IMG/VR virus record: IMGVR_UViG_3300011339_000773
Span: 1 to 32,241 of that record
Reading direction: 5' to 3' (one strand)
Length of the DNA stretch: 32,241 nucleotides
From: a virus
Taxonomy: Duplodnaviria; Caudoviricetes
Position numbers and translations under genes: made by a program. Each line of letters opens with the position of its first letter. Positions within the stretch are counted from its first letter, which is position 1. The notes beneath the pieces are model-generated. The model was not told where the DNA came from and did not search any database. It saw only the letters and a program-made list of their open reading frames with translations. This document shows, one piece after another, positions 17,964-25,663 of the stretch.

Positions 17964-18252
17964 CCTACTCTGGGCGGTCATGCTGCTTACGATTGCGGCT
18001 GGGGCCACGGCGGTTACTGTAGCTTATACGGCATCGTACGTTTTGGAGGAAATGAATAGCCGTGATTTTATGGTTATGTTGGTGACGGATTCGGGCCTGA
18101 AGTCTGACAGCGAGAAACTGACCCGTAACCTGTCCTCGGCTACCCTAGCCCTGCAGTCCGTCCGTGACCTAGGGCTGGCCCTGTCATTTGGATGCCTTGC
18201 CGTGGCCGTGGCGGCGGGTATCAGGCTATATAGGGGTAGACAGTCGGACTGA
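17932..18252 (+). CDS. Two-TM membrane protein
   Basis: 106 aa from ATG 17932; N- and C-terminal hydrophobic helices. Confidence 0.55.
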   Translation: MQSDQPSAASNLLWAVMLLTIAAGATAVTVAYTASYVLEEMNSRDFMVMLVTDSGLKSDSEKLTRNLSSATLALQSVRDLGLALSFGCLAVAVAAGIRLYRGRQSD

Positions 18253-18263
18253 CCCCTAACCCC

Positions 18264-18287
18264 ACCTCCTAGGGCATCCTAGGCGGT
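18264..18287 (+). terminator. Hairpin ending the late operon (putative terminator)
   Basis: ACCTCCTAGG-GCAT-CCTAGGCGGT, 9 of 10 pairs; weak U tract. Confidence 0.4.
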
Positions 18288-18301
18288 CGGCTGTTTCCCC
18301 C

Positions 18302-18346
18302 TTGACGGCTACCCCGTAGGCGGGCATATCTTGGCTTATCCCGCAC
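18302..18346 (+). promoter_or_regulatory. Sigma70-like promoter with TCCCGCAC leader
   Basis: TTGACG(18302)...TATCTT(18327)-N6-TCCCGCAC(18339)-aac-ATG; the spacer is 19 nt (17 nt if CATATC is the -10). Confidence 0.55.
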
Positions 18347-18349
18347 AAC

Positions 18350-19237
18350 ATGAGCTCATCCTCCGACCCGAACGCCGACCTGTACGCGTTTATCTTTAAC
18401 ATGATCGAATCGCAGGACCACTTCAAGGTCGGTCCGCGTAAAGAGCCTAAGCCCGCTCTGTCCCAGGCTATGCTGGCCCGCCCCTACAAGGGCGTCGTTC
18501 CGGCATCCTACGCAGTCGAGCCGAAGATTGACGGCGTCCGAGTCATCGTGGAAGTCTGCCGCGAGACGCTGGCCGTCGGCTTCAAGACCCGCAACGGCAA
18601 CCCGCTCAACTCGCTTGCCCACCTTGGCGAGTGGTTCGCCGATACCGCCAGCAAGCATGGCATCTACACCTTCGACTGCGAAGCCGTCACCTCTGCCGAC
18701 TTCTACAACTCGGTCGGGGCTATCCGATCGGAAGCACCCGCCGACGATGCCCGCCTCTGGCTGCTCGACCTGCCCGACCATGTCGGCACTTACTCCGAAC
18801 GCCGCGCCGTGATGGCCCGCTTCAAGTACTCCTTCGCCATCGAGGCCGTCCCGTCCTTCATGGGCGTCTCGCCTACCGACGCCTTCCGTCGCTTCGTCTC
18901 GCAGGGTTTCGAGGGTGCGATGATTAAGGACCTTACCGCCCCCTATTCTCCTGGCAAACGCTCCAACGCATGGCTCAAGGTCAAGGCCGTGGACACCGAG
19001 GACTGCCCGATCGTCTCCGTCCATGAAGGCCAAGGCCGTCTGGCTGGCACGATGGGTCACGTGGTCGTCGAGAACAATGGCCGCCTCGTCCGCGTCGGCG
19101 GTGGTTTCACCGATGAGCAGCGCCGCGATATCTGGGACAAGCGTGATACTGTCATCGGCTCTTGGATGGAAGTGTCGTTCCAGTCGAACACGCCCAACGG
19201 CTCGTTCCGTCACCCCCGCATCCGAGGCGACAAGTAA
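18350..19237 (+). CDS. Minimal ATP-dependent DNA ligase
   Basis: Motif I EPKIDGVR, III FDCE, IV EGAMIK, V WLKVK, OB-fold VGGGFTDEQR and C-terminal RHP. Confidence 0.93.
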   Translation: MSSSSDPNADLYAFIFNMIESQDHFKVGPRKEPKPALSQAMLARPYKGVVPASYAVEPKIDGVRVIVEVCRETLAVGFKTRNGNPLNSLAHLGEWFADTASKHGIYTFDCEAVTSADFYNSVGAIRSEAPADDARLWLLDLPDHVGTYSERRAVMARFKYSFAIEAVPSFMGVSPTDAFRRFVSQGFEGAMIKDLTAPYSPGKRSNAWLKVKAVDTEDCPIVSVHEGQGRLAGTMGHVVVENNGRLVRVGGGFTDEQRRDIWDKRDTVIGSWMEVSFQSNTPNGSFRHPRIRGDK

Positions 19238-19437
19238 TGAGCGCCTTCTTTCTCAGGTATGAAACCGCTGGTGGCTGGAAAGCATTTATAAACCCAGACC
19301 ACATCAGCCATATCTATCCCAATGCAGGACTGACTATCGTTGTTATGCAGACTGGGTATGAGTATCAGTTTGATATGACTATGGAGGACTTCATAAAACG
19401 CTTGGCCGATGACATCTCAGAAGCCTCTCGCTACTAA
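19237..19437 (+). CDS. Small hypothetical protein, low GC
   Basis: 66 aa from ATG 19237 (TAATG overlap); FINPDHISHI pattern. Confidence 0.6.
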   Translation: MSAFFLRYETAGGWKAFINPDHISHIYPNAGLTIVVMQTGYEYQFDMTMEDFIKRLADDISEASRY

Positions 19438-19450
19438 CTTTCCCCCGCAC

Positions 19451-20239
19451 ATGAATAACAAAGAATACCACGCCAGCCCGGCGGTCTCGAACTCGAAGCT
19501 CTCCCGCTTCCTTGAGTCCCCGCGTCTGATGAACACGCCCCGCAAGAAGACCCCCTCTCTCCGCTGGGGTTCTCTCGTCCATACCATCATCCTCGAACCT
19601 CAGCTCGTCGGCGACGAATGGGCCGTGATGCCTGAGGGCCTCGACAAGGGCAAAGGCGCTAAGGCCCGCGAGGAGGAGTTCCTCATCGCCAACGAAGGCA
19701 AGGAGATCGTGAGCCATGACGAGTTCGTCCAACTGTCCAACATCGCCGCTGCCGTCCAGCAGGACACCGAAGCCGCTTCGCTCCTGGCTGGGGCTGGGGT
19801 CAACGAGTCGTCCTACTTCTGGACCGATGAGGCCACCGGCATCCCGATGCGCTGCCGACCTGATCGTTACCGCGAGGACGGCTTGCTGGTGGATATCAAG
19901 ACGACCGCCAGCGTGGAGCATTACGCCTTCCGTCGTTCGGTCTGGGACTTCGGCTACGATCGCCAGTCCGCTCTGTATATCGACGGCATCGAGGCCATGA
20001 CCAAGCGCAAGCCCATCGGCTTTGCCTTCATCGCCATCGAGGGCAAGGAAGCCCCTGAAATCTTCGTCCAGGTGTTCGTGATGACCGAGGCCGATATCGA
20101 GACGGGCCGCCGCCGTTACCGCAAGGCGCTCGACCTGATGAAGTCCTACCGCGATCAGTTCGGAGCAGACCCTGCCGCGTGGCCGATCAAGACCGGCGCT
20201 GGCGTCATCGAAGTGGACCTATCTAAGTTCAACGTCTAA
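19451..20239 (+). CDS. RecE/exonuclease VIII-like PD-(D/E)XK nuclease (DUF3799-like)
   Basis: EYHA...VSNSKL, GSLVHTIILEP, RCRPD, VDIKTT, YDRQSALY; start reassigned to ATG 19451; adjacent to recT. Confidence 0.88.
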   Translation: MNNKEYHASPAVSNSKLSRFLESPRLMNTPRKKTPSLRWGSLVHTIILEPQLVGDEWAVMPEGLDKGKGAKAREEEFLIANEGKEIVSHDEFVQLSNIAAAVQQDTEAASLLAGAGVNESSYFWTDEATGIPMRCRPDRYREDGLLVDIKTTASVEHYAFRRSVWDFGYDRQSALYIDGIEAMTKRKPIGFAFIAIEGKEAPEIFVQVFVMTEADIETGRRRYRKALDLMKSYRDQFGADPAAWPIKTGAGVIEVDLSKFNV

Positions 20240-20250
20240 CCCTTCCCACC

Positions 20251-21033
20251 ATGAGCACACCCGCAGTCCCCCCTAAGAACACCATCGAGCTTGTCCGCTC
20301 GCAGTCCCTCCAGGAGCAGGTCGCCAAGGCCCTCCCCAACGCCGAAGACGCCAGCCGCTTTATGCGCTGCGTAATCACCGCCTGTAACAAGAACCCGAAG
20401 CTGTGGGATTGCACCCCGGCCAGCGTCGCCTCGGTCATCCTGCAAGCCGCGCAATGGGGTCTGATGCCGGACGGCCATCACGCCCACCTCATCCCATACG
20501 GTAACGACGCTACCCTGCAGTTCGACTACAAGGGCATCCTTGCTCTGGTCATGCGCTCCGGCGAAGTCGCCCATATTCACGCCGACATTGTCTGCCAGAA
20601 TGACAAGTACCGGTTCAACCTAGGCAAAGTTGAAGAGCACGTCGTGGACTTGTCCAAGGATCGGGGCGAAGCCTACGCGGTATACGCCATGGTTCGTTTC
20701 AAGGACGGTGAGACTGCCGCCATTCAGATGAGCAAAGCAGAGGTCGAAGCCATCCGTAAGGCCAGCCGCTCCGGTGCTTCCGGTCCTTGGGCGACCTACC
20801 CGATGGAGATGTGGAAGAAGACCGCCTTTAAGCGCCTTGCCAAGTGGCTCCCCCGCTTGCCGCGTGACGTGCAGGAAGCCATCCACAAGGACAACGAGGC
20901 CGAGTACGGCCACCGCACCGTTGAAGGCCAGCCGGTCCAGCCCGCAGCTGAGGCCATCAAGGAAGCCGTGAAGAAGGCCAAGGCCACCGAACCAGAGGCC
21001 GTCGCTACCACCGACGAACCTATCGACATTTAG
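20251..21033 (+). CDS. recT: RecT-family single-strand annealing protein
   Basis: CTPAS, GLMPD, AHLIPY, FDYKG, GPW...EMWKKT...RLAKWLP motifs. Confidence 0.93.
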   Translation: MSTPAVPPKNTIELVRSQSLQEQVAKALPNAEDASRFMRCVITACNKNPKLWDCTPASVASVILQAAQWGLMPDGHHAHLIPYGNDATLQFDYKGILALVMRSGEVAHIHADIVCQNDKYRFNLGKVEEHVVDLSKDRGEAYAVYAMVRFKDGETAAIQMSKAEVEAIRKASRSGASGPWATYPMEMWKKTAFKRLAKWLPRLPRDVQEAIHKDNEAEYGHRTVEGQPVQPAAEAIKEAVKKAKATEPEAVATTDEPIDI

Positions 21034-21059
21034 GCTAACGCAGGAGTGCCGTGTAGCCG

Positions 21060-21094
21060 GGCCGATCCTCGCAAGGGGGTCGGCCTTATTGTTT
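21060..21094 (+). terminator. Rho-independent terminator with GCAA tetraloop
   Basis: GGCCGATCCTC-GCAA-GGGGGTCGGCC followed by TTATTGTTT. Confidence 0.8.
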
Positions 21095-21129
21095 GCGTAA
21101 CCGCAGATGCAGGGTGAGAACATCCACCC

Positions 21130-21750
21130 ATGCGACACGTCGTTATCCCCATCGCGGGATTTGCAAGGGCGGGCAAGGATACGTTGGCCGATGCTATCTT
21201 CGACCATCTGGAGCAGGACGAACCCGGCTATTCCGTCATCGTTATGAAGTTCGCCGATGACCTGAAGCACTCCCTGCAGGCATCGCTTACAGCGGCTGGC
21301 CTGAAGGTTGATGTCTTCACCGAGGACACCGCTAAGAAGGCCGAACTACGCCCCCTGCTTGTGGCCTACGGAGAATACTGCCGGAGCCAAAACCCTAACG
21401 TATGGGTCGATAAGGTCATCGAGCATATGAACACCTGGGCAGACGAGACTGTGGCAGACTCTGACAGCTCTGGCTCTGTTGTCCTCATCCCTGACCTTCG
21501 GTATGCCAACGAATACCAGAAACTAGAGGCCCTGTGCATCAAGCGCGGCTGGGCATACGTTCCGATCTACATCGAGCGCGGGGGCAACCTGCCAGCCAAC
21601 AACGCCGAGGCCGAGTCCATCGGACTGATGGCCGCTCGCGGTTACTTCGCCAGGGACAACGCCCTGCAGGTCGGCTTCCCGGATGGCGAAGTCGAACGGA
21701 TAGGTCAGTGGGCGCGTAAGTTCACGCAGTCAATGAGCCTTTACCGATGA
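21130..21750 (+). CDS. Deoxynucleoside monophosphate kinase (T4/T5-like)
   Basis: P-loop GFARAGKDT, KFADDLK, RPLLVAYGE, WV, IPDLRYANE. Confidence 0.85.
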   Translation: MRHVVIPIAGFARAGKDTLADAIFDHLEQDEPGYSVIVMKFADDLKHSLQASLTAAGLKVDVFTEDTAKKAELRPLLVAYGEYCRSQNPNVWVDKVIEHMNTWADETVADSDSSGSVVLIPDLRYANEYQKLEALCIKRGWAYVPIYIERGGNLPANNAEAESIGLMAARGYFARDNALQVGFPDGEVERIGQWARKFTQSMSLYR

Positions 21751-22508
21751 GCAACATCGTTAGAAAGTGGAAGCGGTTTGCAGTGGTGTCATGCTCGCAC
21801 GGTCATTTTATAGACCCCGCAGCGCAGAAGGCCGTGACTGACTTCGTCAAAAGTTTTAAACCCCACAGGTTCGACCATGCCGGAGACTATACCGACCTCT
21901 CCCCTTTGATGGGCGGGGGCAAAGGAGATGGCGACCCGCTGGCCCCTGACGTAGAAGAGGGCCTTAACTTCCTAGAGCAGCTGAAAGCCTACAAGGACCT
22001 AGAGCTAGTCGTGCATGACGGCAACCACGAGGCGCGCTTGTTCCGTTTGGCTCAGTCCACTAACGAGGTCGTGTCCGAATGTGCCCGGCTCCTGATTGTG
22101 CAGATTCAACAGCACTGCCAGAAACTGAAGGCCAAGCAAATCCCTTACCGTGGAATCTGGGAAGGCTCCCGCATCGGTAACGGCCTGATCACGCACGGCT
22201 CCATCTACAACGAGAACGCCTGCCGCGACATGGCTGAGATGTATTGTAAGGGCGGTGTCTCGGTGGTCATCTTCGGACATACCCATTCCCCTGGTATAGC
22301 CAAGGGCCGCCGCGACGATGCGCCGACCGGCATCAATGTCGGTACGCTCACGCGCATGGCTTGCATGGACTACGCTAACGCCAGACGGAAAACTTTTTCG
22401 TGGGGTCAGGCCATCTGCTATGGCGAGTACGCCGACGACCTTATCGTGCCTACCCTTTACGTCCACCCGCAGGAACTAGCCGGGCAACCTTGGAGAATTA
22501 ACGTATGA
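21747..22508 (+). CDS. Calcineurin-like metallophosphoesterase
   Basis: SCSHG, GDYTD, GNHE, THG and GHTH motifs. Confidence 0.88.
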   Translation: MSNIVRKWKRFAVVSCSHGHFIDPAAQKAVTDFVKSFKPHRFDHAGDYTDLSPLMGGGKGDGDPLAPDVEEGLNFLEQLKAYKDLELVVHDGNHEARLFRLAQSTNEVVSECARLLIVQIQQHCQKLKAKQIPYRGIWEGSRIGNGLITHGSIYNENACRDMAEMYCKGGVSVVIFGHTHSPGIAKGRRDDAPTGINVGTLTRMACMDYANARRKTFSWGQAICYGEYADDLIVPTLYVHPQELAGQPWRINV

Positions 22509-23002
22509 GCAAGCCGTCCGATATCATCGCCCGCCTGATGCGGGAACTGACGGCCAGCGCCGAGGACACCCCGCCCCCCGCTGGGTTCTTTACCGTGGAC
22601 GATATCCGCGTTGAGCTACGCATGGCGCATACCCGCAACGCTTCCTCTAGGGCTTACGATCTGTTCCGTCGTGGCCTGCTGGAACGCAAGGCCCACCAGT
22701 TCAAGGCTAAGACCGGGCAGTGTCACAAGGCTTACGTCTACAAGCCTGTCCCCCCTTACCGCTCTATCCGGGAAGCATCTGAAGGGTTGTTCGCCCATCA
22801 GGCTGACAAGGTTCCAAAGGGCTGGGTTCGTATCGTGGACTACTGCTTTGACGTCAGGATTTCAGACGTGGCCTTGCGTGGCCGTATTACCAGAGCCAAC
22901 CTAAAGCCTAAATATTACAAGACCCCTAGGGGAATCATCGGCTTGCACCAGAACGCTTACTACTGGAAGCCCGACTTAGACCGCCTGTTCGCTAAACGGT
23001 AA
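22505..23002 (+). CDS. Basic, possibly winged-HTH DNA-binding protein
   Basis: 165 aa; GFFTVDDIRVEL...RGLLER pattern and a second similar segment (GWVRIVDY). Confidence 0.5.
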   Translation: MSKPSDIIARLMRELTASAEDTPPPAGFFTVDDIRVELRMAHTRNASSRAYDLFRRGLLERKAHQFKAKTGQCHKAYVYKPVPPYRSIREASEGLFAHQADKVPKGWVRIVDYCFDVRISDVALRGRITRANLKPKYYKTPRGIIGLHQNAYYWKPDLDRLFAKR

Positions 23003-23024
23003 GGGCCACCCTTGCGGATGGCCC
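23003..23024 (-). terminator. GCAA-loop hairpin between convergent operons
   Basis: Minus strand GGGCCATCC-GCAA-GGGTGGCCC followed by TTACCGTTT. Confidence 0.65.
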
Positions 23025-23084
23025 GAAGCCCGAACTGCCCTCAGTTGCGATCCCGCACAAGTGATATTGTTCGGGCCTCGCCTG

Positions 23085-23558
23085 TTACCTTGATACGGCA
23101 GGTCGTTTTGGCAAGCCCCAAGCCAGAGTGTTGACCTGCCTAGCCTTCTCAAACTTGACGCGGGAGACGTAGGCCCAGCTGAAACCGTAGCGCTGAAACC
23201 CAGTCCATCCGAGATTCCACGCCAGCCAGATTTCACCGGGGAAAGGCTGCCGACCTAACTGCGTGGTCAGCCTGACCTTGAGGACAGTCAGCCAGGTGCG
23301 GGCGTACTCGCGCGCCCTGATCGGAGCCTTGGCGTCGGCATAAGGGTAGACGGCCAGCCCCGCCTTGAGCCGGATAGCCGAGCAATCTTTCCACGCGGAG
23401 GAGTGCCACTGTAGGCATCCGATAGCCTTCCCTGCGTCCCCATCGGGGGTCTTAGACCCACGGCCAGAGGACTCAACCTGTTCGACCGCTTGCACGACAG
23501 CCTCTGGGACGGCCTCAGAGGCCAGCAGGGCGGCTGACAGGGCTAGGACTAGACTCAT
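23085..23558 (-). CDS. Lysozyme-superfamily enzyme (lytic transglycosylase/destabilase-like) with signal peptide
   Basis: Hydrophobic N-terminus; QVES (catalytic Glu), GDAGKAIGCLQ and AWNLG motifs. Confidence 0.75.
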   Translation of the reverse strand: MSLVLALSAALLASEAVPEAVVQAVEQVESSGRGSKTPDGDAGKAIGCLQWHSSAWKDCSAIRLKAGLAVYPYADAKAPIRAREYARTWLTVLKVRLTTQLGRQPFPGEIWLAWNLGWTGFQRYGFSWAYVSRVKFEKARQVNTLAWGLPKRPAVSR

Positions 23559-23881
23559 GGGGTCAAACGGCCTTGGCGGGCACGTGGGAGGGTCAGGCCG
23601 TAGCGACGGAGGGCAGTGTAGAGCGTGTGACGGCTGAACCCTGACGCCTCTGCCAACTGCGGGACGGTCATCCCCTGGGCGTGGGCCTCGTAAACCAGAG
23701 CCTTGGCCGAGCCGAACGGCTTACGCTCACGGCGCAAGGCAATCGACAGGTCCTCAGCTGCCGAACGGATTGACCGCATATTGAAGCCAGTGTGTGCCGC
23801 CAGTTCGTTGACCGTCATACCATGTTCATGCCCGGCGATGACTGCGGCCTGAACCGATCCGTATTGAGCGCGGTTAGCCAC
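23555..23881 (-). CDS. Tandem double-HTH protein
   Basis: 108 aa from GTG 23881; internal duplication YGSVQAAV..HEHGMTVNELAAHTGF / FGSAKALV..HAQGMTVPQLAEASGF. Confidence 0.7.
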   Translation of the reverse strand: MANRAQYGSVQAAVIAGHEHGMTVNELAAHTGFNMRSIRSAAEDLSIALRRERKPFGSAKALVYEAHAQGMTVPQLAEASGFSRHTLYTALRRYGLTLPRARQGRLTP

Positions 23882-24092
23882 GGCGTTTACGCTTGGCGGG
23901 TTTCTTAGGCACGGTCGGGGCATAGGTGTAGGTCGTCACGCCAGGGAGTCCGACCTGCCAGCGTTCGCGGTCCATGACGTCGCGGATTAGGTCGGTCACG
24001 GCCTTGTCGGCCATCGCCTTGAAGGCGTCGCGCTGTAGTTCGACCTCGGCAAGTCGTAGCCGGAGTCTGGTGATTTCGTCGTAGTCGGTCAT
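23874..24092 (-). CDS. Hypothetical protein
   Basis: 72 aa, overlap-coupled within the leftward operon. Confidence 0.6.
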   Translation of the reverse strand: MTDYDEITRLRLRLAEVELQRDAFKAMADKAVTDLIRDVMDRERWQVGLPGVTTYTYAPTVPKKPAKRKRRG

Positions 24093-24445
24093 TTGTTTTT
24101 TAGTTTAGGGAGTTTGCGGTATTGGCGGTAGGAGTGAATAGAATCAGCTGAGATGCAGAAACGCTCGGCGGCTTCGGTGTACGTGGCGTTATTCTTGCGC
24201 GCCCATTCATAAGCTTCTCGCCCCTTCTCGCTGGCGGTCTTGCCGTTCTTAGGCTTCTTGCCCCTTGGCTCAGCGGGACGGCCAGTCGGTTTAGGCCAGC
24301 ACCCCATCGCCTTGAGCAGCGCGCGCGTCTCATCGGCTTTCATGTAATGCTCCTGCAGGGCGGCTTCCCGGAGTGGGACGAACTTATCTATTAGGTTGTT
24401 CATTGCACTGATTGCCGAGGAGTGGGAGTTATAGGGAGTGGTCAT
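24089..24445 (-). CDS. HTH-like DNA-binding protein (putative)
   Basis: 118 aa; C-terminal ATYTEAAERFCISADSIHSYR. Confidence 0.6.
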   Translation of the reverse strand: MTTPYNSHSSAISAMNNLIDKFVPLREAALQEHYMKADETRALLKAMGCWPKPTGRPAEPRGKKPKNGKTASEKGREAYEWARKNNATYTEAAERFCISADSIHSYRQYRKLPKLKNK

Positions 24446-24597
24446 CGGGAGGACTTAAAGACGTTTAGGCTGAACAGGTACTCCCAGCGCTTGCGGTGCT
24501 CGGCTAGTTGGGCGGCGGTGGCCTTAGTCTCGATCGGCGTCTGCTGCTTTAGGCCGGGTCTTAGACGCTCAGGGCGTCGCTTCTGGGGGCGGCTCAC
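24442..24597 (-). CDS. Small basic hypothetical protein
   Basis: 51 aa from GTG 24597 (GTGA overlap inside the junction repeat). Confidence 0.55.
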   Translation of the reverse strand: MSRPQKRRPERLRPGLKQQTPIETKATAAQLAEHRKRWEYLFSLNVFKSSR

Positions 24598-25348
24598 GAC
24601 TGCTTGCCCTCCTTGGCGGCTGACCACGCTTTTATCCTATCTTGTCTTTCCTCTTCGCTCTTCATTTCAAACAAGATGAGAGCAGAAGCCATCGCATCCC
24701 CGGCCTTGTGGAGCCGCTCGACATCGGCCTTGAGGAACGAGATTTCGACCCTTGCGTGGGACAGGTCGGACTCAAGCCCACGACCCCAAGCGGTGGTGCG
24801 ATTGAACTCTTCAAGAAGGTAAGCCGACCTTTCCATTTCCTTATCGTGAAAAGCGTTAAGGCATTCGTTGCCTTCGGTCAGCCGCTCGACCTCGGCCTCC
24901 AATTCATCGCAACGCTTCTCGTATGCGTTTTCGTTCGCCCCTTGGATGTAAGAGTCGATTTGCTCAAGGAACTTATTTCGTTCAGTCAGCCGCTCGACCT
25001 CGGCCTTCAGGCGTTCGACTTCTGACTGGGTGAACTCGGCGGCAAGTTTATCGACATGAAGTTGAACCCTGTTGTCATAGGAAACTTCTGCGGTCAGCCG
25101 CTCGACCTCGGCCTTTAGGTTGATGAACTGCAACACATCGACAGCGGTCAGAAGTGAGCCAAGTTTAAGGGCATCGACCTCGGACTTCAGGCGGGCGACC
25201 TCATCCTTGTGATCCCCCCACCTCACCCATCCGCAGTCCTCTTCGGTCTGTTCAATGGTAAGGGCGGCTTCGCACTTCACGCAGTCGCAACGCTTCCAGC
25301 CCAATTTCCAACGCTTGACGCTCACGACTGCTTGCCCTCCTTGGCGGC
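24592..25348. repeat. 29-bp direct repeat at gene junctions (24592-24620 and 25320-25348)
   Basis: GCTCACGACTGCTTGCCCTCCTTGGCGGC is exact in both copies; encodes AAKEGKQS-stop plus the next GTG start on the minus strand. Confidence 0.9.
24594..25325 (-). CDS. Modular coiled-coil protein with multiple KAEVERL repeats
   Basis: 243 aa; 5-6 (K/E)(A/S)(E/D)V(E/D)RL-type units; ends KAGDAMA...AAKEGKQS. Confidence 0.75.
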   Translation of the reverse strand: MSVKRWKLGWKRCDCVKCEAALTIEQTEEDCGWVRWGDHKDEVARLKSEVDALKLGSLLTAVDVLQFINLKAEVERLTAEVSYDNRVQLHVDKLAAEFTQSEVERLKAEVERLTERNKFLEQIDSYIQGANENAYEKRCDELEAEVERLTEGNECLNAFHDKEMERSAYLLEEFNRTTAWGRGLESDLSHARVEISFLKADVERLHKAGDAMASALILFEMKSEEERQDRIKAWSAAKEGKQS

Positions 25349-25663
25349 GTTCCAGGCGGGGACGGTTGCGGGATAGCCTTGATACATCAGGCGGTCAGCC
25401 ATCGCATCCCCGGCCTTGCGAAGCATGATGTTCTCGCAGGAGATGTCGGAGTGTTGTGCCATCACTTGCTTGCACAGGGTGTCCAGCCGCTCGACCTCGG
25501 CCTTGAGGCGGGCGTTCTTGGCTTGTAGGTCTTGGCACGTCAGTCGGAGGATGTGGGCCTCACTCTTTAGGCACGAGTAGTCGCCGATTAAAACCCAGCC
25601 GCCGTCAGCAGACTGGTGCATCGTGCTATCGTCTAACGGTTCCCATCGTTGGTAGTCGCTCAC
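25322..25663 (-). CDS. Paralogous modular coiled-coil protein
   Basis: 113 aa; LKAEVERL, KAGDAMA and WNAAKEGKQS shared with the neighbouring gene. Confidence 0.75.
   Translation of the reverse strand: MSDYQRWEPLDDSTMHQSADGGWVLIGDYSCLKSEAHILRLTCQDLQAKNARLKAEVERLDTLCKQVMAQHSDISCENIMLRKAGDAMADRLMYQGYPATVPAWNAAKEGKQS

Noticed and set aside
18340-18348. CCCGCACAA (also 23052-23061, CCCGCACAAG) is identical to a conserved 16S rRNA segment (GGCCCGCACAAG)
   Set aside because: Only 9-10 nt, same sense rather than complementary, and other motif copies do not extend the match; cannot be distinguished from chance.
23003-23084. tRNA or self-cleaving ribozyme in the structured intergenic region
   Set aside because: No cloverleaf with T-loop and CCA, and no hammerhead CUGANGA/GAAA core on either strand.
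23051-23093. TCCCGCAC-aa-GTG followed by a 10-codon plus-strand ORF
   Set aside because: Too short, overlaps the convergent lysozyme stop, has no promoter, and chance copies of the 8-mer are expected.
24712-25514. Repeat-spacer pattern resembling a CRISPR array
   Set aside because: The repeats are in-frame coding blocks (AEVERL), the inserts (about 88 bp or more) are too long and not all equal, and no cas genes or leader are present; reported instead as a modular coding array.
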